From an uncultured Gemmatimonadaceae bacterium (GTDB taxonomy: Bacteria; Gemmatimonadota; Gemmatimonadetes; Gemmatimonadales; Gemmatimonadaceae): 64,000 nt of DNA. A program made the translations under genes and the position numbers. The DNA lies in the NCBI GenBank assembly GCA_963829055.1, contig CAWHHI010000004.1, positions 736,001-800,000 of the forward strand, read 5' to 3'. Below the pieces are notes generated by a model. The model was not told the DNA's origin. It did no database searches and was given only the letters and a program-made list of their open reading frames with translations. Below are positions 42,485-53,861 of this stretch, piece by piece (positions within the stretch are counted from its first letter, which is position 1; each line of letters starts with the position of its first letter).

Positions 42485-44317
42485 ATGTATCGGCGCCTTC
42501 TGGTCTTCCTCAGGCCACATTGCTGGCGGATGGTGGGCACGCTCGCGTGCAACATCATCGCCGCCGTGCTGGACGTGTTCAGCCTGACGCTGCTGATCCC
42601 GTTCCTCAACCAGCTGTTCGGTCAGCCGAACATCTCGTCGGTCTCGGAGTTCCAGCGCCGCCTGCTCGGCAATCTGTTCGACGTCTCGAATCGGCACGTG
42701 GCACTGAGGAACATCATCGCCGTGATCCTCACGGCGGTCGTCCTCAAGAACCTGTTCGTGTGGGCGAGCGGACAACTCGGTGCGCGGCTCCAGGAGTACG
42801 TCACGCGTGACCTGCGAAATGCCCTGTACTCGCATCTGCAGCGCCTGCCGCTTGGTTACTTCATTCGTGTGAAGACGGGCGACATCCTCGCCCGCGTGCT
42901 GAACGACACGCAGCAGACGAAGCAGGTCATCACGCAGGCGGTCACGCAATCCGTGCAGAGCGTCGCGAACGTCCTGGTCGCGGTCGTGACGCTGCTGTTC
43001 ATGTCGTGGCGTCTCTTCCTGCTCGCCGCCGTCGTCGCGCCGCTGCTGATCGCGACACTCCAGCCGCTGCTGCGCCGGTTGCGGCGCGGCCATCGCCGAC
43101 TGAGCAACCAGTACGGTGAGATGACGGCCGTCGTTCAGGAGTCGGTGAGCGGCATCAGGCTCGTGAAGTCGTTCGCGGGCGAGGCCTACGAGGAGTCCCG
43201 CTTTCGCGAGGAGAGCAGCCGTTACGCACGAGGCATGGTCCGGGTGACCCGGATCTCGGTCCTCGCGCAGCCCATCACCGAAACGCTCGGAACCGCGATT
43301 GCCGTCGCCATTCTGTGGGTCGGTGCGCGAATGGTCGACAACGGTGCGATGGACGGCGCTACGCTCATCGCGTTCCTCCTCATCGTCATGCGCACCCTTC
43401 AGCCGCTCAAGCAGCTATCGCAGGTGCCGACGACCGCACAGCAATCACTCGCCTCTGCCGAGCGGATCTTCGAGGTCCTCGACAGCCCGACCGAGGCGAG
43501 CCTGGACCGCGGAACCGTCGCGCCGGCGCGATTCGAGCGAGCGCTCGAGTTCGAGCGTGTCTCGTTCGCGTACGACAAGGAGCTGGTCCTCACGGATGTC
43601 TCGCTCGTGGCCGCCAAAGGCGATGTCATCGCGCTCGTCGGCGCGAGCGGAGCCGGGAAGAGCACGCTCGTCGATCTCATCCCGCGCTTCTACGAACCGA
43701 CCTCGGGGCGCATCCTGCTCGACGGCGTCGACACGCGCGAGATCGCGTTGCCTGCACTTCGATCGTTCATCGGGATCGTGAGTCAGGATACGGTGCTGTT
43801 CAACGATACCGTTAGGCACAACCTCGCGTACGGCGCCGCCGGCAAGTATTCGGACGAGCAGATCGAGCAAGCCGCGCGTGCGGCGAACGCGCACAAGTTC
43901 ATCGCCGAGCTTCCCGACGGCTACAATACGGTGCTCGGCGAGCGCGGGACGCGGCTGTCCGGCGGTCAACGGCAGCGGCTGTCGATCGCCCGCGCACTGC
44001 TCGTCGACCCGCCGATTCTCATCCTCGACGAGGCGACGTCCGCGCTCGACACGGAGTCCGAACGGCTCGTGCAGGAAGCGATCGACCGACTGCTCGAAGG
44101 GCGGACTGTGTTCGTCATCGCGCACCGGCTATCCACGATCGCCCATGCCGATCAAATTCTGGTGATGGATCGTGGGCGGGTGGTCGAGCACGGAACGCAC
44201 AGCGCTCTGCTGGCGCGCCGTGGCCATTATCATCGCCTGCACACCCTGCAGTTTGCCGACGGTCACAATGCCGACGCCATGTTTCAGCCGGCCGAGTCCC
44301 CAGTCCCCAGTCCCTGA
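42485..44317 (+). CDS. MsbA-like ABC exporter (fused TMD + NBD)
   Basis: Multiple TM helices, GASGAGKS, LSGGQRQR, ILDEATSALD, IAHRLST; LPS gene context. Confidence 0.92.
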   Translation: MYRRLLVFLRPHCWRMVGTLACNIIAAVLDVFSLTLLIPFLNQLFGQPNISSVSEFQRRLLGNLFDVSNRHVALRNIIAVILTAVVLKNLFVWASGQLGARLQEYVTRDLRNALYSHLQRLPLGYFIRVKTGDILARVLNDTQQTKQVITQAVTQSVQSVANVLVAVVTLLFMSWRLFLLAAVVAPLLIATLQPLLRRLRRGHRRLSNQYGEMTAVVQESVSGIRLVKSFAGEAYEESRFREESSRYARGMVRVTRISVLAQPITETLGTAIAVAILWVGARMVDNGAMDGATLIAFLLIVMRTLQPLKQLSQVPTTAQQSLASAERIFEVLDSPTEASLDRGTVAPARFERALEFERVSFAYDKELVLTDVSLVAAKGDVIALVGASGAGKSTLVDLIPRFYEPTSGRILLDGVDTREIALPALRSFIGIVSQDTVLFNDTVRHNLAYGAAGKYSDEQIEQAARAANAHKFIAELPDGYNTVLGERGTRLSGGQRQRLSIARALLVDPPILILDEATSALDTESERLVQEAIDRLLEGRTVFVIAHRLSTIAHADQILVMDRGRVVEHGTHSALLARRGHYHRLHTLQFADGHNADAMFQPAESPVPSP

Positions 44318-44328
44318 CCCCCGTCTGA

Positions 44329-45439
44329 TTGCGCGTTCTGTTCTACTACTCGCCGGGTGAGTGGTCGGGAAGCGCACGCGCGTTTGCCGCCGCCGCGGTC
44401 GCGATGGCTGGCCGCGGCTACCAGTGCACGTACGTGTGCCGGGCGGACAGCACGGTCGAGGATCGCCTAACGCCGGGCGCGGAGAAGCTGCCGGGTGTGG
44501 AGCTGACCCCGATGCCGATGGGCGGCCCGTGGATGCACGAGAGTCTGCGACTGCGGCAGGTACTGCTCGAGCACTACGTCGAAGTCGTGTTCGTGCATTC
44601 GGAACGCGAGCAGCTGGTGGCGTCGCTCGCGATTCGTCTCGCCGAACGGGCGGCGCTCGTGCGCCGCGTGCCGGCGGGGATGAAGCTCGCGCGCGGGCCC
44701 GAAGCGAAGCTGGGCGAACGGCTGGCCGCCACCGGCTATCTGTTCACGACGGAGCCGCCAGGCGGGAACGGCTGCGGTGTCGCGGGGTGCCTTCGAGCCG
44801 GTCGCGGCTGACGTCGGCGTCTCCGTCGAATCGATCGAACAGGTTCGCCCCGCACCACTCGCCGCGATCGGCGCGAGCGGTGGGAATCAGCTCATCGCGT
44901 GCGTGTACGATCCGACCGCTCGACGCCGCGTAGGCGCGCTTCTTCGCGCGGTGGCATTGCTCGCGCCGCGCCACCCCGGGCTTCGCCTCGCCATCGTTGG
45001 CCCCGGGTCCGAGGACGAAGACCTGCGCATGCATGCCGCCGCGTTAGGGATCACCGAGATCGTTGCGCACCTCGGCCAGCGCCCGGACCAGCAGTCGGTG
45101 CTCTCGGCCGCGGAGCTCGCGTGGGTTGCCGCCGGAGGGGACAACGCCGCGTTCGGCTACCTCGACCTCATGGCGCTTCGCGTCCCGGTTCTCGCGGAGC
45201 GCGACACACTGTCGCAGCGGTACGTCGCCGACGGCATCTCGGGGATGCTGCTGGCGCAGCCGGATCCCGGCACCATGGCGGCGCGGATCGCCGTGCTGCT
45301 CGCGCACGAAGAGCGACGCGTCGCCATGGGGAGCGCCGGCCGCGCGCGGGTGAGCCGTGATTTCTCCGAGGAAGGGATGATCGACGGCTTCGAGCGCGCC
45401 ACGGAGATCGCTCGGGACCGGAAGCGTTGGCGAACGTGA
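44329..45439 (+). CDS. Glycosyltransferase family 4 (GT-B); frameshift near 44760
   Basis: ORFs 44329..44811 and 44777..45439 join. C-domain has IVGPG, 'MALRVPV', 'VADGISGML', 'MGSAGRARV'. Catalytic motifs look degenerate. Confidence 0.75.
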
Positions 45440-46293
45440 CCCGTGCGCCGATGACGCCCGGCGGCGACCGCGTTCCGTGCTCTGTCATCATCGCCGCGAA
45501 GGACGAGGCCGACGAGATCGCCGAGTGCATCGCGAGCGTCGCGTGGGCCGCGGAGATCATCGTCGTCGAGAACGATTCGACGGACGACACGGTTGCGATC
45601 GCGCGGGAGGCTGGGGCGATCGTCTTCAGCCATCCATTCGAGACCATCGGCTGCCAGCGCAACGCCGCAATCGCGCGCGCGCGGCACCCGTGGATTCTGG
45701 TCGTCGATGCGGATGAGCGCGGTACGCTTCCGCTCCGCGAGGAGATCGCGGGCGTGATCGCCGCCGGCGGTTCGGACGTCGCCTTTCGCGTTAGGCGACG
45801 CAATATGTTCCTCGGCCGCGAGATCAAGCATGGCGGTTGGGAGCGTGACCGGCCGGTGCGTCTCTTCCGGAATCGCATGCGCTACGACGAGCGCCCCGTC
45901 CACGAGCACGTGATGACGGACGGCCCGGTCGGCGAGCTGAAGCAGCCGCTGATTCATTTTCCCTATGCGACACTGGCCGAGTACTTCGCGAAGCTCGATC
46001 GCTACAGTCGCTGGTGGGCCGAGCAGAACTTCGCGCGCGGTCGTCGGACGAGTGCGTGGACGATCGCGCTCAAGCCTCCGGCGCGCTTCCTGTCCATGTA
46101 CGTGATACGCGCGGGCTTTCTCGACGGCACGCCAGGCGTGATCGTCGCGGCGCTCGCCGCGATGAGCGTGGCGGCGAAGTATGCCCGCCTGTGGGAACTG
46201 CAACGGGGATTGGGGACTGGGGACTCGGGACTGGGAGCGCGTCGACTCGGCGAAGACGCGGAGCGACCGGAAGAACTCGCGAGTCCAAAATGA
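45436..46293 (+). CDS. Glycosyltransferase family 2 (WaaE/KdtX-like)
   Basis: SVIIAAKDEA, DSTDDT, QRNAAI, WILVVDADE, VHEH, GFLDG. Confidence 0.9.
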   Translation: MTRAPMTPGGDRVPCSVIIAAKDEADEIAECIASVAWAAEIIVVENDSTDDTVAIAREAGAIVFSHPFETIGCQRNAAIARARHPWILVVDADERGTLPLREEIAGVIAAGGSDVAFRVRRRNMFLGREIKHGGWERDRPVRLFRNRMRYDERPVHEHVMTDGPVGELKQPLIHFPYATLAEYFAKLDRYSRWWAEQNFARGRRTSAWTIALKPPARFLSMYVIRAGFLDGTPGVIVAALAAMSVAAKYARLWELQRGLGTGDSGLGARRLGEDAERPEELASPK

Positions 46294-46327
46294 CGTCGCC
46301 GGTCCCCAGTCCTCCGTCCCCAGTCCC
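46205..46327. repeat. Inverted GGGGACT/CCCCAGT heptamer arrays spanning a gene junction
   Basis: ggggattggggactggggactcgggactggg (46205-46235) and gtccccagtcctccgtccccagtccc (46302-46327); a further array at 44295-44315. Confidence 0.78.
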
Positions 46328-47240
46328 TGTCTCGTTCGCTCACCGCGCCGAGTTCACGGCGCTGCGCGCAGTCGTGAGCACGTTAGGTGCGCTCGACTGG
46401 GAGACAGCGGGAAACATCGGAGCCCGGATCGGCGCACTCGGCTATCGTCCACTGGGCATCCGTCGCGGTGTCGTCGAGCGCCAGATCGCGGCGGCCTTCC
46501 CGGAGCTCGCTGAGGCCGATGTCCGACGTATCGCGCTCGGCGCCTACGAGAACCTCGGCCGCTCATCCATCGAGGCCGCGATCCTGCCGCGACTCGGGCC
46601 TAACGCCGTACTCGACAAGTTCGAGGGCGCCGATGACTACGACATCGTCGAGGAAGCCAGAAGCAAGGGCCGCGGCCTGATCTTCGTCACGGGCCACCTC
46701 GGCAACTGGGAGCTCGCCGGCGCGTACGTCGCGGCGCGTGGCATTCCGCTCGACGCCATTGCGCGCCGCATGAAGAATCCACTGTTCGATCGCTATCTCA
46801 CGGAGACTCGCTCGCAGATCGGCATGCACGTCGTGCACGACTCGGAAGCCGTGCGTCGGACGCCGCGGTCGTTGCGAGAAGGGAGGGCCGTCGCGTTTCT
46901 CTCGGACCAGGGCGTGCTCGGCCTCGCGTCCACGTTCGTGCCGTTCTTCGGTCGCCCCGCGAAGACGCCGCGAGGACCGGCGGTCTTTGCGCTGCGCCTC
47001 GACGTTCCCGTCGTGTTCGGTGCCGCTGTGCGTCAGCCGAGCGGCAAGTATCGCCTCGTATTCGAGCGCGTCGCGGTCGAGGACACCGGCGATCGCGACC
47101 GCGATGTCGACGCGATCGTTGCACGTTACACCGCGGCGCTCGAGCGCTGGGTGAGGCGCTACCCGGAGCAGTATTTCTGGCACCACCGCCGCTGGCGCCG
47201 CCAGCCGCCTGACACTCCGCCCGAGCTGCGCGAGCCATGA
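46290..47240 (+). CDS. Lipid A late acyltransferase (LpxL/HtrB family)
   Basis: TGHLGNWE, LSDQ, FVPFFG, YPEQYFWHHRRWR. Confidence 0.92.
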   Translation: MTSPVPSPPSPVPVSFAHRAEFTALRAVVSTLGALDWETAGNIGARIGALGYRPLGIRRGVVERQIAAAFPELAEADVRRIALGAYENLGRSSIEAAILPRLGPNAVLDKFEGADDYDIVEEARSKGRGLIFVTGHLGNWELAGAYVAARGIPLDAIARRMKNPLFDRYLTETRSQIGMHVVHDSEAVRRTPRSLREGRAVAFLSDQGVLGLASTFVPFFGRPAKTPRGPAVFALRLDVPVVFGAAVRQPSGKYRLVFERVAVEDTGDRDRDVDAIVARYTAALERWVRRYPEQYFWHHRRWRRQPPDTPPELREP

Positions 47241-47256
47241 CGCCGAAGCGCTCGTC

Positions 47257-48147
47257 GTGAATCGGTCCGTGTGGGCGACGCTCCGGCGCGATACGCGTTC
47301 GTTGATCGGCCTCGTGGTCATCGCGCTGATCGTCGCGGGGGCAGTGTTCGCGCCGCTGATCGCCACGGACGATCCGTTGCGGATCGACCTCGTTCGCCGC
47401 CTCACGGCGCCGTCGGCCGCGCACTGGATGGGTACGGACGTACAGGGGCGTGACATCTGGTCGCGGCTCGTCTACGGCGCGCGCGTCTCGCTCGCCGTCG
47501 GGTTGATCTCGCAGATCATCGCGCTCACGCTCGGCGTCGTGTTCGGCCTTCTGGCTGGGTACTATGGCCGCTGGGTCGACGAGCTCGTCATGCGGCTCGC
47601 GGACATCACGCTCGCATTCCCGACGCTGCTCCTGCTCATCGCGATGGTCGCGGCGCTCAACCCGTCGCTCGGTGTGGTGCTGCTCACCATCGGCATCGTC
47701 GGCTGGGCCGGAATGGCGAGGCTCGTGCGAGGACAGGTACTCGTGGTGCGCCAGCTCGAGTACGTGCAGGCCGTGCGCGCGCTGGGTGCGCGCGACACGC
47801 GCATCATCGCCCGTCACGTGCTGCCTAACGTCGTCGCGCCGGTCGTCATCGCCGCGACCCTCGGCGTTGCCGGCGCGATCATGGCGGAGGCCGCGCTCTC
47901 GTTCCTCGGCCTCGGCGTCCAGCCGCCGACGCCGAGCTGGGGCGGCATGATCGCCGACGGACGCGACCTCAATCTCCTGCGCAACGCACCGTGGACGTCC
48001 GTCTTCCCCGGGCTCGCGATCGGTGCGGCGGTGTTGGGCTTCAACCTGCTCGGCGACGCGCTCCGTGACGCGCTCGACCCGCGCCGCATCGACGTCGCCG
48101 CGCCGCCTGCGACCGCCGGAGTCCCGACAGCCGAGGTAGAACCGTGA
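47257..48147 (+). CDS. Peptide/nickel ABC transporter permease (DppC/OppC-like)
   Basis: HWMGTDVQGRD, GARVSL, EAA loop, EAALSFLGLG, FNLLGDALRDALDP. Confidence 0.92.
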   Translation: MNRSVWATLRRDTRSLIGLVVIALIVAGAVFAPLIATDDPLRIDLVRRLTAPSAAHWMGTDVQGRDIWSRLVYGARVSLAVGLISQIIALTLGVVFGLLAGYYGRWVDELVMRLADITLAFPTLLLLIAMVAALNPSLGVVLLTIGIVGWAGMARLVRGQVLVVRQLEYVQAVRALGARDTRIIARHVLPNVVAPVVIAATLGVAGAIMAEAALSFLGLGVQPPTPSWGGMIADGRDLNLLRNAPWTSVFPGLAIGAAVLGFNLLGDALRDALDPRRIDVAAPPATAGVPTAEVEP

Positions 48148-49296
48148 TCGATCAGTTGCGCGAGCTTCGCGCGCGTGAATTTCCGTGGGCTGTGCGCGGC
48201 GACCAGACATTCTCTGAATCACGCGTCGACCGGGCCGCTGCCTCAGCGCGCGGTCGACGCATTGCAGGAGCTCACGGCGCTGCGCGCGACGCCGTGGCGG
48301 TACAGCCAGGAGATCCAGTTCGGCACGCTGGCAAAAGCGCGCGCCGGTTGTGCGCGGCTCATTGGTGCCGCGCCGAGCGAGATCGCGTGCATGGTGAACA
48401 CGTCCTATGGCCTGAACCTCGCGGCGCGTGCGTTGCCGTTTGAACCCGGCGACGTCGTGATCACGAGCGATCGTGAGTATCCCTCCAACATCTACCCGTG
48501 GATGGAGCTCGAGGCGGCGCGGGGTGTGACGCTCGCGCGCGTGCCCTGCGCGGGTACGTTGCCTGACGAGGAAGCGATCCTCGCGGCGCTCGACGGTCCA
48601 CGCGTGCGGGCGCTCGTGCTGTCGTGGGTCTCGTTCGCGACGGGCTACCGGATCGACGTCGCTCGGCTCGGTCGCGCCTGTCGCGAGCGCGGGATCTGGT
48701 TCGTGCTCGATGCCATTCAGGGCGTCGGTGCGGCGCCGCTGGATGTCGCCGCGGAGCAGGTGGACATCGTCGCGTGCGGCGCGCAGAAGTGGCTGCTGTC
48801 GCCGTGGGGAACCGGGTTCGTCTGGGTGCGCCCTGACCTCGTGCAGTCGCTGCGTCCCGTGGACGTGAGCTGGATGGCCACGCGCAACTCCGATGACTTC
48901 ACTCGGCTGATCGACTACGACTTCACGTACCGCGATGACGCACGTCGTTTCGAGATGATCACGCTGCCGTACCAGGACTTCGGGGGGCTGAACGCGAGTC
49001 TCGATCTCTTCCTCGAGGTGGGCCTCGCCGAGGTGTACGAGCAGGTCGCGAGGCTGACCGGGCGAATCGTGCAGTGGGCGTTAGGCAGCGCCGACGTCCG
49101 GCTGGTGACGCCGGCCGACCCGACTCGTCGCGCGGGCATCGTGGCCGTGGCACCGCGCGACCCAGTCGCGGCGTCGGATCGCCTCACGGCCGCCGGTGTG
49201 ACGCACTCGTTGCGTGAGGGGGCGATCCGCTTGTCGCCCCATTTCTATAACACCGATGAGGAGATCGACACGGCGCTGGCGCTGCTCGAGGGCTAG
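48144..49296 (+). CDS. Class V PLP-dependent aminotransferase (cysteine desulfurase-like); frameshift near 48205
   Basis: LNHASTGP, EYPSN, LDAIQGVG, GAQKWLLSPWGTGF, IRLSPHFYN. N-terminus lies in the 48144 frame. Confidence 0.88.
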
Positions 49297-49301
49297 ATGG
49301 C

Positions 49302-49479
49302 CGTCATTCCGAGCGAGCCGGGAAGCGAGTCGCGGAATCGAGAGCTGTACTGGCAGAGTGACGCCTGTCGCACGAGACTGATCGCGAATTGCCTCGGACT
49401 GCGGCCCTGCGGCGCCTTCGCGTCAGGAATGAGCAAAGCCGTCCGCTCGGTCATCCGACACATGCCGCTCGGAATGTAC
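49302..49479. repeat. GTCATTCCGAGCG REP-like element, degenerate copy C
   Basis: cgtcattccgagcg...gagtcgcggaatcg...cgctcggaatg between convergent genes. Confidence 0.7.
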
Positions 49480-49488
49480 AGCCGCCGC

Positions 49489-50835
<1,347 letters not shown>

Positions 50836-50871
50836 AGCGGTAAGATATTCCAGCGTTACCTTCCCCGCCCG

Positions 50872-53093
50872 ATGAAAAAACCTTCCCGTCTGCGCCGATT
50901 CACCGAAGCGCACCCGAGACTCGTTCGCTCCGTTCTCTTCGCGCTGACGTTCGGCATCGCGTTCGCGGGGGGCATCGCGTACTCGAGCTGGACCCTCGTC
51001 TGCCAGGGCGGCCGCTGCCCGACGATCCAGATTCTGGATACCTACACGCCGCGGCAAACGTCGAAGGTCTACGCGGCGGACGGACGCTTCGTCTCCGAGA
51101 TCGGTCTCGAGCGACGCACGCTCGTCAAGATCGCGGAGATCCCGAAGGTCGTCCGCGACGCGTTCGTCCTCACCGAGGACAAGCGCTTCTACAAGCACTC
51201 CGGGATCGACTGGATCCGCGTTCCGGGCGCGGCACTCAAGAACCTCCGCGCCGGATCGTGGGATGAAGGCTTCTCCACGATCACCATGCAGCTCGCCCGC
51301 AACGTCTTTCCAGACCGCATCTCGCGGGAGAGGAGAGGCATGGCGGGGCTCGTTCGGAAGGTCAAGGAAGCGAAAGTCGCGCGCCTGATCGAATCGCGAT
51401 ACTCGAAGGACAAGATCCTCGAGCTCTATCTCAATCAGATCAACCTCGGCAACGGTGCGTACGGCGTCGAGACGGCTTCGCAGCGCTACTTCGGGAAATC
51501 CGTTCACGACCTGAACCTCGCCGAGGCGGCGACGCTTGCCGCGTTGCCAAAAGCCCCAGCGCGCTATAACCCGCGTCGCTTCCCCGAGCGCGCGATCCAG
51601 CGACGCAACCTCGTCGTCGAGCTCATGCGACGGAACGGCGCGATCAACGACGCCGACGCCAGCCTCGCGAAAGCCTATCCGTTGCAACTTGGAAGTAAGA
51701 CGGAATCAGGCGAGGTCGCACCGTATTTCATCGAGTGGGTCCGCCAGCAGCTCGACGAAAAGTTCGGCGCCAGACTGTACGAGCAGGGCCTCAAGGTCTA
51801 CACGACGCTGGACTTCGACATGCAGTCCGCGGCGGAGCGCGCGCTCGAGAATCAGCTGCGCGCGATCGAGGGCGGGAAGTACGGCAAGTTCCCGCACCCG
51901 ACCTACGAGCAGCTCGCCGCGCGCGCGGCGAGTGGCGACGAGAGCGCGACGCCCAACTCTCCGTACCTGCAGGGCGCGTTCATCGTCATGGACCCCCGCG
52001 ACGGATCGGTGCGGGCGCTCATCGGTGGACGCCAGTTCGACGACTCGAAGTTCAATCGCGCGACGCAGGCGCTCCGTCAGCCGGGCTCGACGTTCAAGCC
52101 CATCGTCTATTCCGCGGCCATCGAGAACGGCCGCACACCGGCGACGATCGTCCTCGACTCGGCCGTGACGGTGCCGCAGGTGGGCGAAGCGTGGACGCCG
52201 CAGAACTACGACGGCAAGTTCGAGGGCCCGATCCCGTTGCGTCGCGCGCTCTACATGTCGCGCAACCTGCCCGCGATCCGCACCGGCATGGAGCTCGGCG
52301 AGCAGACCGTGATCAACATGGCGAAGCGGTTCGGCATCTCGTCGACCATTCCGCCGTACCCGTCGATCCACATCGGCTCAGCCGACGTGTTCCCGCTCGA
52401 GATGGTTTCCGCGTACACGACGTTCGCGAATCTTGGTGTGCGTGCGCAGGCGAACCCGATCCGTCGCGTCGAGAATCAGAAGGGCGAGGTGTTGTGGGAG
52501 CCGCAACCGGTTCGCTCGCAGGTGCTCACCCCGCAGGAAGCGTGGCTCATGGTGAGCATGATGAAGGACGTCGTGCAGCGCGGCACTGCCGCCGGGAGTG
52601 TGGGCTCGCGCTTCTACGTGCCGTCAGGCGGAAAGACGGGCACCACGAACGACGGCGCTGACGTCTGGTACATCGGCTACACGGCGGACCTCGTTGCCGG
52701 CGTCTGGATGGGCTTCGACCGGCCGCAGAAGATCAAGGCGAACGCCCAGGGCGGCGAGCTCGCCGCGCCGGCCTACACGTCGTTCATGACGGAAGTCTAC
52801 CGTCGCAGGCCGGCGTCGCCTGACTGGCCGCGCCCGGACGGTATCACGACCCGCGACATCGATCGCACCACGGGCCAGCTCGCGAACCCGTACTGTCCGG
52901 TGGACGTGGTGGTCACGGAATACTTCATCGCCGGCACAGAGCCGGTGCAGGAATGCACCGAGCACTCGCCGTTCAACATGGGTCAGGCGTTCGACACGGC
53001 TGGGCGCCCCATTCCACCCGGAACGCGACCGGGAACGCCCTGCCGCCGGGGAAGGCCCCGCGCGACACGACGAATCCGTTCAAGATCCCGTAG
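50872..53093 (+). CDS. Class A penicillin-binding protein (PBP1A family); probable C-terminal frameshift near 53040
   Basis: TM anchor, EDKRF, STITMQL, RKVKE, YLNQI, then STFK, SRN, KTG. As sequenced it reads to 53142; a one-base fix ends at TAG 53093. Confidence 0.93.
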
Positions 53094-53095
53094 CA

Positions 53096-53836
53096 ATGGC
53101 GTGGACGCCGGCCGACTGCCACGCGCATTCGACCATGTCTGACGGCGCGCTCGACGTGGCCGAGCTCGTCGAGCGCGTCACCGCCCGTGGCGTTAGGCCG
53201 AGCGTGAGCGATCACGTGTCGCGTGACGTCACTGGCGCCGTCGATTCCGTCGACGCCGTCCGCGAATACCTCGATGTGCTCGACCGTTACCCCGTGGCGC
53301 GGGGCGGCGAGTTCTGCTGGCACGACACGCTCTGGCGTGAGCTTCCCGACGACCTCGCGGCGCGATTCACCCATCGCCTGGGCTCTCTGCACGCGATCTT
53401 CCTCGACGACGGCATGCTGGTGCACGCGTTCTCCAAGCGGTATCCGACATCGCTGTCCCCTGCGGCGTATATGAACGCGCTCATCGCGAACGCCGAGCGA
53501 ATGGCGGCGACCATGCCCGTCGACATCCTGGCGCATCCCACGCTCGTCACGCTGTCGCTCCGCAACCTGCCGGTGGAGGAGCTGTGGACCGAGGAGCACG
53601 AGGAGCGTCTCGTGAACGCGCTGTTCGAGGCCGGCAAGGCGTTCGAGGTATCGTCGCGATACAAGCCGCACGAGCGGCTCGTTAGGCGCGCCGTCGACCG
53701 GGGCGTTCGCCTCTCGCTCGGGTCCGACGGGCACACCGCCGAGCAGGTCGGGGATCTCACCTTTTCGCTCACGCTCGCGCGCCATTGCGGCGCGCGGGAC
53801 GAGGATCTCTTCGATCCGTACGAGCGAGGCCCGTGA
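53096..53836 (+). CDS. PHP domain protein
   Basis: DCHAHSTMSDG, SDH, GSLH, ILAHP, LGSDGH. Confidence 0.85.
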   Translation: MAWTPADCHAHSTMSDGALDVAELVERVTARGVRPSVSDHVSRDVTGAVDSVDAVREYLDVLDRYPVARGGEFCWHDTLWRELPDDLAARFTHRLGSLHAIFLDDGMLVHAFSKRYPTSLSPAAYMNALIANAERMAATMPVDILAHPTLVTLSLRNLPVEELWTEEHEERLVNALFEAGKAFEVSSRYKPHERLVRRAVDRGVRLSLGSDGHTAEQVGDLTFSLTLARHCGARDEDLFDPYERGP

Positions 53837-53861
53837 ACGCAGCGAACGCAGTGAACGCACC

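Noticed and set aside
53833..53860. 9-bp tandem repeat (G[T/C]GAACGCA x3)
   Set aside because: Only one short instance seen; not enough to assign meaning.
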